This document shows, piece by piece, positions 54,260 to 63,985 of a stretch of DNA of 64,000 nt; the stretch's first letter is position 1, and each line of letters begins with the position of its first letter. The DNA comes from an uncultured Methanosarcinales archaeon. GTDB lineage: Archaea > Nanobdellota > Nanobdellia > Woesearchaeales > UBA10107. The position numbers and the translations under genes were made by a program. The stretch spans positions 42,396-106,395 of the forward strand of contig OZ246410.1 in the NCBI GenBank assembly GCA_965231065.1, given 5' to 3'. The notes beneath the pieces were generated by a model, which ran no database searches, had not been told where the DNA came from, and saw only the letters and a list, made by a program, of their open reading frames with translations.

Positions 54260-54874
54260 ATGGCTTTGCAAGACGTACTCTACATACTTGACCAGATTGG
54301 TTTTACTGATGTATTCTTACCGTTCATTCTTATCTTCACAATCCTCTTTGCTGTACTGCAGAAAATAAATGTCTTCTCTCCAAAAGGAACAAATACAGAC
54401 AGCAGGAAATATAATTCAATCATCGCCTTGGCGATGTCGATTGGCGTCATCATACCGCACTCATTGAATAAATATCCGCCGGGAACAGACATTGTTGATA
54501 TATTGAATAAAGCATTGCCAAATGTCTCATTGCTCATCGTCGCTGCATTATTCCTATTAGTCCTTCTCGGATTATTCGGCGCTCAATTCACCTGGGGAAG
54601 CGGCATCATCGGCGGCATAGTCACGTTAGTCTCATTAGGTCTCATCACGACCATCTTTGGAAGTGCAGCAGGCTGGTGGCAGAACACTGGTGTACTATCG
54701 TTCCTGCAAGACCCAGACATACAGGCGACATTCCTCATACTTATTGTATTCTTCTTCATCATATCGACAATCACAAGCGACAGCAAAACCAATTACATGG
54801 AAGAGACAGGCAAATTCTTCGGCTGGACTCCACCACCTCCTCCACAGCAGCCACAAGGAGGAAGAACTCACTAA
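54260..54874 (+). CDS. Membrane protein, paralogue 2 of a tandem triplet
   Basis: 204 aa with the motif IGFTDVFLPFILIFTILFAVLQKINVF and the Pro/Gln-rich tail TPPPPPQQPQGG. The ATG lies directly after the previous stop. Confidence 0.6.
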   Translation: MALQDVLYILDQIGFTDVFLPFILIFTILFAVLQKINVFSPKGTNTDSRKYNSIIALAMSIGVIIPHSLNKYPPGTDIVDILNKALPNVSLLIVAALFLLVLLGLFGAQFTWGSGIIGGIVTLVSLGLITTIFGSAAGWWQNTGVLSFLQDPDIQATFLILIVFFFIISTITSDSKTNYMEETGKFFGWTPPPPPQQPQGGRTH

Positions 54875-55417
54875 ATGGTGACCTTCCTTGAATCAGGACT
54901 GATTGGATATTTCAACCCATTATTTGTATTCCTATTCATCTTAGTCGCTGTCTATGCACTGCTGAACACTGTCAACATATTCGGCAAGAACGCGTTCGTG
55001 AACGGCATCATATCATTCATCTTCGCCATCATGTTCGCTACATCAGCAAGAGCATCAAAGATTGTGGAGTATTCAACACCATGGATCATCTTATTGTTTG
55101 TAGTCCTGTTCTTCCTCATGCTCCTCTTCAAGTTCCTTTCAGGCGATGAGAAGGTCAATCCATTATCACTAAAGAATACGACGCTCGTAACCATCATCTA
55201 CGTTTTCATTCTGTTGATATTCATCTTGGCAGCAGGACAAGTGAGCAAAGAAAAGAAAGAAGCAGATCAGAAAGCAGGAATAGAACCGAATCCGGTATTG
55301 TCATTCCCTGCACGAGTCGGCGCAACGGTACGAGATCCAGCAGTGCTTGGATTGATCATCATCATGTTTATCGCAGTATTCGCGATTATGATGCTGGCAA
55401 GCGGACCATCAAAATAA
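54875..55417 (+). CDS. Membrane protein, paralogue 3 of a tandem triplet (more diverged)
   Basis: 180 aa with the motif IGYFNPLFVFLFILVAVYALLNTVNIFG. The ATG lies directly after the previous stop. Confidence 0.55.
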   Translation: MVTFLESGLIGYFNPLFVFLFILVAVYALLNTVNIFGKNAFVNGIISFIFAIMFATSARASKIVEYSTPWIILLFVVLFFLMLLFKFLSGDEKVNPLSLKNTTLVTIIYVFILLIFILAAGQVSKEKKEADQKAGIEPNPVLSFPARVGATVRDPAVLGLIIIMFIAVFAIMMLASGPSK

Positions 55418-55987
55418 TTACTTTTTCTTTAAAGACTGTGTAATTCGAGAAAGTTCATTCACATTTTCGACAAAGCCAGGCAATATCTTCTTGAAGACCT
55501 GCTCCAACGCCTTGATATCGGTGCCTACTTCCCGCATCGTAGAATCAGAATCATTGATACGCCCTAAGACGCCCTTCTGAAGTGATTCAAAATCAGCACG
55601 TAATCCTTTGATCTGCTCATCCATGGAAGTGAGCTTGATCTCCATGCTTGATTTCCATTCGATGATCCTATTGACATGATCAATGAGATCACTCCACTTC
55701 TCTTCGATGATAGATTCGGCAATCTCAGAAATCTTGCTCGCATCGACCGTTGGTGCCGGAGATGACTGTACCTCTGCGTATCCCTGATTGTATGTTGGCT
55801 GTAGTTCCTGGTAATCCATAGTATCACTACTGCTTTCCAATGCAGGCGTAAGTTCTGTTTCGCTCATTGCATCGAAAATCGCTGCGTTTGAATATCCTTT
55901 GTACAACAATCGTTGCACGATCTCATCATTGCCCAGACCTTGAGAACGTAATCCCGTCACCTCGTTTACAAGATCTTGTGCTGGCAT
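55418..55987 (-). CDS. Hypothetical protein: small N-terminal helical domain, acidic linker and C-terminal coiled coil
   Basis: 189 aa. It belongs to a minus-strand pair that is divergent from the pilus-type ATPase. Confidence 0.55.
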   Translation of the reverse strand: MPAQDLVNEVTGLRSQGLGNDEIVQRLLYKGYSNAAIFDAMSETELTPALESSSDTMDYQELQPTYNQGYAEVQSSPAPTVDASKISEIAESIIEEKWSDLIDHVNRIIEWKSSMEIKLTSMDEQIKGLRADFESLQKGVLGRINDSDSTMREVGTDIKALEQVFKKILPGFVENVNELSRITQSLKKK

Positions 55988-56022
55988 TATTTTACGGTGT
56001 TAATGGCGCTTTTTAAAACTTA

Positions 56023-56451
56023 CTATGATTTTCCCTTTCCGGGCAATAACTTATCCAGTTCCTGCCGTGTCACGAAATTCAACGGCTCCCAGTAGCTGAT
56101 ATATTTCTCTAGTATCTTGACTTCATCTTTCGTCGCGCTTAATTTCAGTTCCTTGACCAGTAAAGTGAGTTTTTCCTTCATATCGCTGATCTCTGCCTTG
56201 ACATCAAGTATCTCTGAGCTGACCATCTTGAGATCAGTGAATAGTTTCTTATCATTCGCGATCATATTCTGCTCAGTGACCTGCGATTTTTTACGCAAGG
56301 TGGTGAACCGGTCTTCCATAGTCTTCAATGTCCTGCTTACATTGTTGACCTGTGCAGCGATATCAGAAACAATATTAGCGCTCGGCTCTTCTTTGCCTCC
56401 AAAGATGCTCTTTTTCGTCTCTGGTCTCGGTGGTTGCGGTTGATCTGCCAT
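56023..56451 (-). CDS. Hypothetical coiled-coil protein
   Basis: 142 aa with a Pro-rich N-terminus followed by heptad-like sequence. It is divergent from the pilus-type ATPase. Confidence 0.55.
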   Translation of the reverse strand: MADQPQPPRPETKKSIFGGKEEPSANIVSDIAAQVNNVSRTLKTMEDRFTTLRKKSQVTEQNMIANDKKLFTDLKMVSSEILDVKAEISDMKEKLTLLVKELKLSATKDEVKILEKYISYWEPLNFVTRQELDKLLPGKGKS

Positions 56452-56534
56452 TTTTAAAGCGTTACTACCCTAATCTTTATATACCTTCTAATGCTTATTT
56501 TATTTATATAGAGGAAACTATATAATAGTTTGTT

Positions 56535-56546
56535 GCTATAAAAAAG
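56535..56546 (+). promoter_or_regulatory. TATA-like box for the secretion ATPase gene
   Basis: gctataaaaaag is centred about 25 nt upstream of the TTG start at 56566. Confidence 0.35.
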
Positions 56547-56565
56547 TAGTGTAAAAGGGGTTGGA

Positions 56566-58836
56566 TTGGCAGACGAAAATAACTACGAGGTTCTTCATGA
56601 AGGAGAGGAGACTATTCTCCGCGTCAATGCAGAGAATTGGCTGACAGTCCCTTCATTAGAGGATGATCCCATCACCATGTCCAGGACTACGGACATGCTC
56701 ATCGAAGTTTCTCAGGCAACCAGGATCATCTATTCACAAAAACGTGATTATGAGTATGACTATCCGCAGACACGTATGCTGGTCGAGATCGCATCGCTGT
56801 ACAATAAGCTCATCAAGGAGAAAGATGTCATCAGTTATGAACGACTCGATATCGAACACGGTGATCGCTTCCTCAATACGAAATATGCGAAACTGAAAAA
56901 TCTTCTGTTTTCGCTGATGAAATCAGATCCGCTCGGATGCTATGTTGAACTTATCCGTATGCTGCGGGAAGAGAAAACGAGTCTGGAGAAATTTCAGGAC
57001 ATCAGAGCAGCGCCGTTCCAGCAAAAGCTCATACAGTTGCTTGTGTACGTCCTGAGTCTATTCGAAAAGACACGGCTCATCATCCTGGCAAAACCATATC
57101 TCGCAGGCTACAAACTTGGCGAGAGAGATGTCTACAAGAAATTATTCTCACCGACCATTAAGCCTGATTTCATGTACACGAAGCTCATGTCGACCTATCC
57201 GGTCGATGCCGAGGAACTCGATAACTATTCAGTCGACAACAGCGAAGTGAGTATTTTCAAGACACCAGATACCATTCAATATCTGTATCATCTGAGTCCT
57301 CCGGAATTCAGGCTGAGCGAAGATCATTATGAACTCTTGGACCTCGCACGAAGGATCATGGCAGAACACCAGCCGGGAAAAGAGGAATTCGCAGAACCAG
57401 AACGTATGCGTCAGGTGTTCGGGAATGTCGGCAGAGATCTTATCGAAGAGTTGGCGAATTTCAGGAACATCAGATTATCACAGGAAGATCTCAACGAACT
57501 CACACAGATCCTTGTCAGGTATACGATCGGCTTCGGACTCATCGAAGTGTTGCTCAGCGACGATAAGATCCAGGATGTCACCATCAACAGTCCGATGGGA
57601 CACATCTCAATCTTCGTCGTCCATGGAGACTGGGGAGAATGCAGAACCAACATCATACCGACGCCAGCAGAAGCAGAAAGCTGGGCATCGAAACTCAGAT
57701 TGATATCGAGCAGACCATTGGACGAAGCAAATCCGATCCTTGATACAGAGATAGAATTCCCCGGAGCACGTGCCAGAGTCGGTGTCATCGCGCCACCGTT
57801 GAATCCAACCGGACTCGCATACGCGTTCAGACGACACCGAGACAAGCCATGGACACTTCCTTTGTTCATCAAGAATCGTATGTTGAATTCATTAGCAGCC
57901 GGTTTGCTGAGTTTCCTCATCGATGGAAACAGAACACTCTTAGTGGCAGGAACACGAAGCTCAGGAAAGACTTCATTATTAGGCGCGGTATTGACAAGCA
58001 TCTTGAGAAAATACAGAGTCATCACGATCGAAGATACATTGGAGTTGCCCGGTAAAGCGCTGAGAGAACTCGGCTATAATATCCAACAGATGAAAGTCGC
58101 ATCCGCATTATCAAAAGGAACAACAGAAGTTTCTGCTGATGAAGGCATCAGAACGACACTGCGATTGGGAGATTCTGCATTGTTTGTCGGCGAGATCCGA
58201 TCATTGGAAGCGAAAGCATTGTATGAAGCGATGCGAGTCGGTGCATTGGCGAATGTGGTCGCCGGAACTATCCATGGCGATTCACCCTATGGTGTCTTTG
58301 ACCGAGTCGTCAACGATTTGGAAGTTCCGAGAACAAGTTTCAAAGCTACTGATATCATTGTCGTCGCGAATCCGATCCATTCCGCAGACGGGCTCCATAA
58401 ATGGAGACGAGTCACTTCAATTACTGAGATACGAAAGGAATGGGAACGCGATCCATTGGTCGAGCGGGGCTTTGTCGATCTCATGAAATATGACGCTGCG
58501 ACAGATCAGTTGGTACCGACAGATGCGTTAATCAATGGCGAATCAGATATCATCAAGAGTATCGCAGGCAGCGTACGGGAATGGGCAGGTAATTGGGATG
58601 CGGTCTGGGACAATATAGAACTCAGAGCAAAAATCGAGCAATCGCTCGTCGATTATGCTGAAAAGACAAAAGACTCTGATCTTCTTGAGGCGGAATTCTC
58701 CATCTTATCGAACGATGAGTTCCATAAGATATCAGAACAAGTCAGAGACGAAGTCGGTTCGTTGGACAGCAAGCTTATATTCTTCAGATGGAATGAATGG
58801 ATCAAGATCATGATCAAGAAACGAGGGAAAATCTAA
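56566..58836 (+). CDS. Type II/IV secretion-family ATPase (FlaI/PilB/VirB11-like) with a long N-terminal extension
   Basis: 756 aa with a TTG start. Walker A is AGTRSSGKTSLL, the Asp box / Walker B is FVGEIR, and the His box is AGTIHG. Confidence 0.8.
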   Translation: MADENNYEVLHEGEETILRVNAENWLTVPSLEDDPITMSRTTDMLIEVSQATRIIYSQKRDYEYDYPQTRMLVEIASLYNKLIKEKDVISYERLDIEHGDRFLNTKYAKLKNLLFSLMKSDPLGCYVELIRMLREEKTSLEKFQDIRAAPFQQKLIQLLVYVLSLFEKTRLIILAKPYLAGYKLGERDVYKKLFSPTIKPDFMYTKLMSTYPVDAEELDNYSVDNSEVSIFKTPDTIQYLYHLSPPEFRLSEDHYELLDLARRIMAEHQPGKEEFAEPERMRQVFGNVGRDLIEELANFRNIRLSQEDLNELTQILVRYTIGFGLIEVLLSDDKIQDVTINSPMGHISIFVVHGDWGECRTNIIPTPAEAESWASKLRLISSRPLDEANPILDTEIEFPGARARVGVIAPPLNPTGLAYAFRRHRDKPWTLPLFIKNRMLNSLAAGLLSFLIDGNRTLLVAGTRSSGKTSLLGAVLTSILRKYRVITIEDTLELPGKALRELGYNIQQMKVASALSKGTTEVSADEGIRTTLRLGDSALFVGEIRSLEAKALYEAMRVGALANVVAGTIHGDSPYGVFDRVVNDLEVPRTSFKATDIIVVANPIHSADGLHKWRRVTSITEIRKEWERDPLVERGFVDLMKYDAATDQLVPTDALINGESDIIKSIAGSVREWAGNWDAVWDNIELRAKIEQSLVDYAEKTKDSDLLEAEFSILSNDEFHKISEQVRDEVGSLDSKLIFFRWNEWIKIMIKKRGKI

Positions 58837-61064
58837 TGGCCTTGTCGCAGAAAGAGATCCAGGATCTGGTACAGAAATATACGAAGCGCGTCGAGACGCA
58901 GCTCAATGTACCGGTCGAATCATTCTCCCAAGTGCCAATCACCACAAAGGATTATCAGGAGTTCAGAAAACAATATCTACCGACACAACTGAGCTTTTAC
59001 GAAAAACTCTGCAATATGAGCGAGAAGATCATCAAGGTCGCTCCGGGACCGAAAGATCTGCCGAAGATCCAGATGGCGATCAGGACTGCGCATCTGAACA
59101 TAACACCGACCGGAGCATACAGCTTCGCGATGCTCGCGCCTACGTTAATCGCGCTCATCGGCACACTTATCAGCTTCGCTCTGTTCAATTCCTTCTTCTT
59201 CGTATTTTTCTTTTTAGCGACTGCCTTGATCCTATACAAACCTTTGCAGAATATGCCGAACTTCATCGCTGATTCCTGGCGACTGAAGGCGAGCAACCAG
59301 ATGGTACTCGCTGTCTTCTTCATGGTCACCTACATGCGTCACACCTCAAATATAGAACGTGCTATTGATTTCGCAGCCAATCATCTCAGCGCTCCCTTAT
59401 CTCTTGATCTCAAGAAAATACTATGGGATGTCCAGACAGAGAAGTTCGATACCGTCAAAGATTCGTTGGAAGCATACTTAGACTCTTGGAAAGTCTACAA
59501 CATGGAATTTGTCGAAGCGATGCATCTCATCGAATCATCATTGTATGAAGGCTCAGAGGATAGACGAATCGAACTGCTCGAGAAGTCACTTGAACTCATT
59601 CTTGAAGAAACGTATGAGAAGATGCTTCATTATGCGCAGAATCTCAAATCACCGATCACGATGCTGCACATGATGGGAATCATACTGCCGATCCTTGGTC
59701 TGGTAGTACTGCCGTTAGTCGTCAGCTTCATCGGATTTATCGAATGGTACCATCTCGCCGCACTCTATAACATCGCCTTGCCGATCCTGGTTTACTACAT
59801 CGGTAAAAACATACTGTCCAAACGACCGACTGGCTATGGACAAGGAGACACTTCAGAGACAAATCCAGGATTGAAGAAATACAAGAACATTGTCGTAAAA
59901 ACACTCGGAAAAGAAGTACTGATCAATCCTGCCGTCATCGCACTTCTGCTCGGTGGCATATTTCTCATCATCGGATTCAGCCCCATCATCATCCATACAC
60001 TATCACCCGGTTTCGATGTCATCTATGATGCCAGCGGCGGACCAGAAGGAACCGGCGGATTAGTCACCGTCAGCGACTCGCAAAGTTTCATAGGAAACTC
60101 AAAATATGCATTGCTCGACTACAAGATAAGCACATCGACAGACCCTGCGAAAGTCGGGAAGATAATCGGTCCCTATGGATTGGGAGCGACCATATTGAGC
60201 CTTGCCGTTCCGATCGCATTAGCACTAGCGATCGGTCTGTACTATAAATTCAGATCCCAGAATGTAATCAAGATACGAGAGAATACCAAAGCGCTTGAGA
60301 AAGAATTCGCCGCAGCATTGTTCCAGCTCGGAAATAGATTGGCAGACGGCTTGCCTGCAGAGATCGCGTTCGAGAAAGTGGCCAATACCATGGAGAATAC
60401 GGTCTCTGGTTCATTCTTCAAAGCGATCTCAGCAAATATCAGAAGATTAGGCATGGGTGTCGAAGAAGCGATCTTCAATCCAAAGAAAGGTGCATTGTTG
60501 GCTTTCCCTTCAAGCGTCATCGAGAGTTCGATGAAGGTCCTTGTCGAATCATCGAAAAAAGGACCCGTCATCGCATCGAAAGCTGTATTGAGTGTCTCGA
60601 AATACATCAAAGAGATCCACCGCGTCAATGAACGACTGAAAGATCTCATGGCAGACATCATCTCATCTATGAAATCACAGATTGCGTTCCTTACACCCGT
60701 CATCTCAGGTATCGTGATCGGTATCACTTCGATGGTCAGCTCAATCATCGGAAAACTAGGAACTTCACTTGCAAAATCAGCCACTGCAGCACAAGCGCAG
60801 GCAGGACAATTAGGCGGATTGTTCGGAGATACGATTCCGACATACTACTTCCAGATCATTGTTGGTTTCTACGTAGTGCAGATCATCTACATCATGACGA
60901 TCCTGTCAAATGGTATTGAAAATGGCGAAGATAAATTGAATGAAGAATATCTGCTTGGCAAGAATATGATCAGCAGCATACGATTGTATTGCATCACTGC
61001 ATTGATCGTCATGCTGGTGTTCAATGTCATCGCAGCATCCATACTGACGACACCGACAGGATAA
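58836..61064 (+). CDS. FlaJ/TadC/PilC-like polytopic membrane platform protein
   Basis: About 742 aa from the ATG at 58836 (TAATG overlap with the ATPase stop). The track ORF starts at 58797. It has many TM segments separated by helical cytoplasmic domains. Confidence 0.7.
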   Translation: MALSQKEIQDLVQKYTKRVETQLNVPVESFSQVPITTKDYQEFRKQYLPTQLSFYEKLCNMSEKIIKVAPGPKDLPKIQMAIRTAHLNITPTGAYSFAMLAPTLIALIGTLISFALFNSFFFVFFFLATALILYKPLQNMPNFIADSWRLKASNQMVLAVFFMVTYMRHTSNIERAIDFAANHLSAPLSLDLKKILWDVQTEKFDTVKDSLEAYLDSWKVYNMEFVEAMHLIESSLYEGSEDRRIELLEKSLELILEETYEKMLHYAQNLKSPITMLHMMGIILPILGLVVLPLVVSFIGFIEWYHLAALYNIALPILVYYIGKNILSKRPTGYGQGDTSETNPGLKKYKNIVVKTLGKEVLINPAVIALLLGGIFLIIGFSPIIIHTLSPGFDVIYDASGGPEGTGGLVTVSDSQSFIGNSKYALLDYKISTSTDPAKVGKIIGPYGLGATILSLAVPIALALAIGLYYKFRSQNVIKIRENTKALEKEFAAALFQLGNRLADGLPAEIAFEKVANTMENTVSGSFFKAISANIRRLGMGVEEAIFNPKKGALLAFPSSVIESSMKVLVESSKKGPVIASKAVLSVSKYIKEIHRVNERLKDLMADIISSMKSQIAFLTPVISGIVIGITSMVSSIIGKLGTSLAKSATAAQAQAGQLGGLFGDTIPTYYFQIIVGFYVVQIIYIMTILSNGIENGEDKLNEEYLLGKNMISSIRLYCITALIVMLVFNVIAASILTTPTG

Positions 61065-61069
61065 GAAAA

Positions 61070-61143
61070 TGGGACAGGCCGGATTTGAACCAGCGACGCC
61101 ACGATCTTCAGTCGTGTGCTCTCCCAGGCTGAGCTACAGTCCC
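61070..61143 (-). tRNA. tRNA-Phe(GAA)
   Basis: By hand fold: GGGACUG UA GCUC AGCCUGGGA GAGC A CACGA CUGAAGA UCGUG GCGUC GCUGG UUCAAAU CCGGC CUGUCCC A. It is 74 nt with one U-U mismatch at 6:67. Confidence 0.85.
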
Positions 61144-61152
61144 ATAGGAAAA

Positions 61153-61560
61153 TCAGATAAATTCTTCTTCTGCATCTTCTGATTCATCTTCTTCAGAAAG
61201 ACTATCACCAAGCTCTTCTTGCTCTTCAAAATTCTTCAGGACCTTTTCCTGTTTTGGAGGAGCACCGGTGCCTTTTTCTATGACTTCGATCTTGCCAAAC
61301 TTACCTGCTGACAATTGACGTTCACCCTGCCATTCACCGACATAGCCATTGGTAAGCTTGATCTTGTCGCCGACATTGACTTTTTCGACATCTTCATTCC
61401 ATAATGTCAACGTGATGGTATCAGTACTGTCTTTGATCTTGGCGTTGCAGACTGTGCCCTTCTTGCCGAACTTATCAAACGTCCTAACTGGGCTCTTTTC
61501 GATGACTTCAGCAATGATCTCGACATTGCCTTCCCGTGCTTTCAAATCTTTGATGTTCAT
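61153..61560 (-). CDS. Single-OB-fold ssDNA-binding protein with an acidic C-terminal tail
   Basis: 135 aa. The OB core is VEIIAEVIEKSPVRTF...ITLTLWNEDVEKVNVGDKIKLTNGYVGEWQGERQL, and the tail is EEQEELGDSLSEEDESEDAEEEFI. Confidence 0.7.
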   Translation of the reverse strand: MNIKDLKAREGNVEIIAEVIEKSPVRTFDKFGKKGTVCNAKIKDSTDTITLTLWNEDVEKVNVGDKIKLTNGYVGEWQGERQLSAGKFGKIEVIEKGTGAPPKQEKVLKNFEEQEELGDSLSEEDESEDAEEEFI

Positions 61561-61602
61561 AGATTCTCAAGAAAAAGGACGATTTATATAGTTTTCTAAG
61601 GA

Positions 61603-62448
61603 TTAGGCGAAGGTAGGGGGCTCAGAAACCATGCTATTGGCTGTTTTAAAGGCTTCATCAATCTGCTCTGCTGACCAGCCGCCCTGGCTCAATGCCTGAC
61701 GGATCTGTTCTTCTTGGTATCCTTGTGACAGAGATGCTTTGATATATGACACTAATTCAAGATTTTCCTTGATCTCTGGCTTTTTCGTGTGCGTAAAGAT
61801 GATAGTTACAATAAGCACCACTAAGACCACCACACCGACAATGAAGTAGAACAGATATGAGATGATCGGTGAAGCGAGTCTTCCTTCAGCCTGCTTTGGA
61901 TTCAGGATCTGTTGGATCTCTTGTGCATTGAAATTCTTTTTGAGGAATGCACCGAATTTCTGATTGAATTCAGATGGATTCGCAAGCAACAATCCCGGCA
62001 AGACTTGTTTTGAAGGATATACATAAAAGTTTGCGCCAGCGCTCGTGCTTCGGAGTTGAGCAAATGTTACAGTAGGAATGAGCTGTTCCTTGAGCTTATC
62101 GTAACTGATGTAAGAGATGATGAAATCTTCCTTATCGACTCCTTTACAGTAAAGATCAGATGAACTCGTCACTGCAGTCACGCCGGCGACCTTGATGATC
62201 TCGTATGAATACTTTGTTGTCGGATTGATATTGACAATGAGACAGAGTGAACCTTCTTCTACATCTTTCAGAAAAGTGAGTTGAGGAACAACATCTTCCA
62301 GGTCTTTCAAGATAGACTCTTTTGCTATTGTGTCCTGTGTCGCTCTGCCAGTGACGTTGAACATGCCATTGGAATTGATCACGATGAGCACAGCAAATAC
62401 AAATATGAACAGAAGTTCCCACTCAATGATGCGCTTCGTGTGTTCCAT
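61603..62448 (-). CDS. Bitopic membrane protein with a cytoplasmic C-terminal helical mini-domain
   Basis: 281 aa. It has an N-terminal TM (WELLFIFVFAVLIVI), an extracytoplasmic domain, a second TM and the tail SLSQGYQEEQIRQALSQGGWSAEQIDEAF. Confidence 0.55.
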   Translation of the reverse strand: MEHTKRIIEWELLFIFVFAVLIVINSNGMFNVTGRATQDTIAKESILKDLEDVVPQLTFLKDVEEGSLCLIVNINPTTKYSYEIIKVAGVTAVTSSSDLYCKGVDKEDFIISYISYDKLKEQLIPTVTFAQLRSTSAGANFYVYPSKQVLPGLLLANPSEFNQKFGAFLKKNFNAQEIQQILNPKQAEGRLASPIISYLFYFIVGVVVLVVLIVTIIFTHTKKPEIKENLELVSYIKASLSQGYQEEQIRQALSQGGWSAEQIDEAFKTANSMVSEPPTFA

Positions 62449-62470
62449 GATCCTCTTTTATATACACTAT

Positions 62471-63985
62471 TCACTTGATGCTTTTAAAATCTATCTCTTG
62501 GCTTATGAGCTTTCTGAGTGTCTCTTTAAGGTCTTTGATCTTAATACGTATCTGTTTGGTTGTGTCCCGATCTCTTATCGTGACGTCGTTGTTCTTTAAT
62601 GAATCGTGGTCTATCGTGATACAATATGGTGTTCCGACTTCATCCTGTCGCGCGTATCTTCTCCCGATAGATCCTGAAACATCATAGAATGTCGTGAATT
62701 CTTTTCTGATCGCTTCATATACCTCAGTCGCTTTCTCATCAAGGCCGTCCTTCTTCATCAGAGGAAAGACAGCGATCTTGATCGGCGCTAGCTGCGGATG
62801 GAGGTTGAGAACGACATTGCCTCTTTGTTTGTCATCATGATATGCATTGACTAACAAAGCAAGGAATGCGCGTTCGATGCCAAAAGTCGGTTCGATGACG
62901 CGCGGTATGACTTTTGTTTTCGTTTCTTCATCGAATAACTCAAGCTTTTCTTTGCTCTCTTTAATATGCTGGTTGAGATCATACTGACCACGATTCGCGT
63001 TGCCCGCAATCTCCTTGGATCCGAACGGATACTGGTAGTCGATATCGAATGTCGCTGAAGAATAATGTGAAAGCTCTGTCTTCACATGCTCTCTGATCTT
63101 CAGATCCTCTTTTTTCAATCCTAACGAATATAACCATAGCATCTGCTCTGCAAGCCAGTATGCATGCCACTCATCCAATTTGCCTTTCTTGATCATCTCT
63201 GCGATGGTGACTTCCCTAAGTTTATCATTGCCTCTTTCCTGAGTCTCTGAATCAAGAAGCATGACCTTGAGATTGAGCTGCTGTTTGGTGAGTTTGTCAC
63301 ATTTCTTTTCATCAGGATGGATGAAGAACTCGAACTCTCCGATGGTGAATTCCCTGCTCCTGAACATGAAATCTCTCGGCGATATCTCATTTCTGAAACA
63401 TTTACCGATCTGAGCGATGCCGAATGGTAATTTACCCCTTGCTGTTTCGGCGATGAGTCTGAAATCAGTGAACATGCCTTGCGCTGTCTCACCTCTGAGA
63501 TAGGCAGTCGATGTTTTGCTCTCATCGGCGCCGACATAGGTCCTGAACAAGAGATTGAAATCTTTTAATTCTTCGAACGGTCCTTTGCATTTCGGACAGG
63601 ATAACTTATTTTCTTTGACAAGCTTGTTTATATCGTGCGCTTTCATACCTGCTGAATTTATTTTGAGCACGTCTTCGATAAAATGATCAGCTCTCAATCG
63701 ATTCTTGCACTTCGAGCAGATCAAAACCATATCACCAAAGTTATCCAAGTGACCTGATGCTTTCCAAACTCTTGGATTGGAGATGATACTTCCTTCCATG
63801 CCAACCATGTCGTTTCTGTCCTGGACGAAGAACTTCCACCAGTTTGATTTGATATTGTTGTATAATTCGACACCCAGTGGGCCGAAATCAAAGAAACCCG
63901 ATAAACCGCCATAGATCTCGGAAGAGGGGTATACGAAGCCTTTCTTCTTACAGAATATAGCCAGTTCCTCTATGCTTATTGACAT
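62471..63985 (-). CDS. glyS: Glycyl-tRNA synthetase (archaeal/eukaryotic-type, class II)
   Basis: 504 aa with YPSSEIYGGLSGFFDFGPLG and CFRNEISPRDFMFRSREFT. Confidence 0.85.
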   Translation of the reverse strand: MSISIEELAIFCKKKGFVYPSSEIYGGLSGFFDFGPLGVELYNNIKSNWWKFFVQDRNDMVGMEGSIISNPRVWKASGHLDNFGDMVLICSKCKNRLRADHFIEDVLKINSAGMKAHDINKLVKENKLSCPKCKGPFEELKDFNLLFRTYVGADESKTSTAYLRGETAQGMFTDFRLIAETARGKLPFGIAQIGKCFRNEISPRDFMFRSREFTIGEFEFFIHPDEKKCDKLTKQQLNLKVMLLDSETQERGNDKLREVTIAEMIKKGKLDEWHAYWLAEQMLWLYSLGLKKEDLKIREHVKTELSHYSSATFDIDYQYPFGSKEIAGNANRGQYDLNQHIKESKEKLELFDEETKTKVIPRVIEPTFGIERAFLALLVNAYHDDKQRGNVVLNLHPQLAPIKIAVFPLMKKDGLDEKATEVYEAIRKEFTTFYDVSGSIGRRYARQDEVGTPYCITIDHDSLKNNDVTIRDRDTTKQIRIKIKDLKETLRKLISQEIDFKSIK

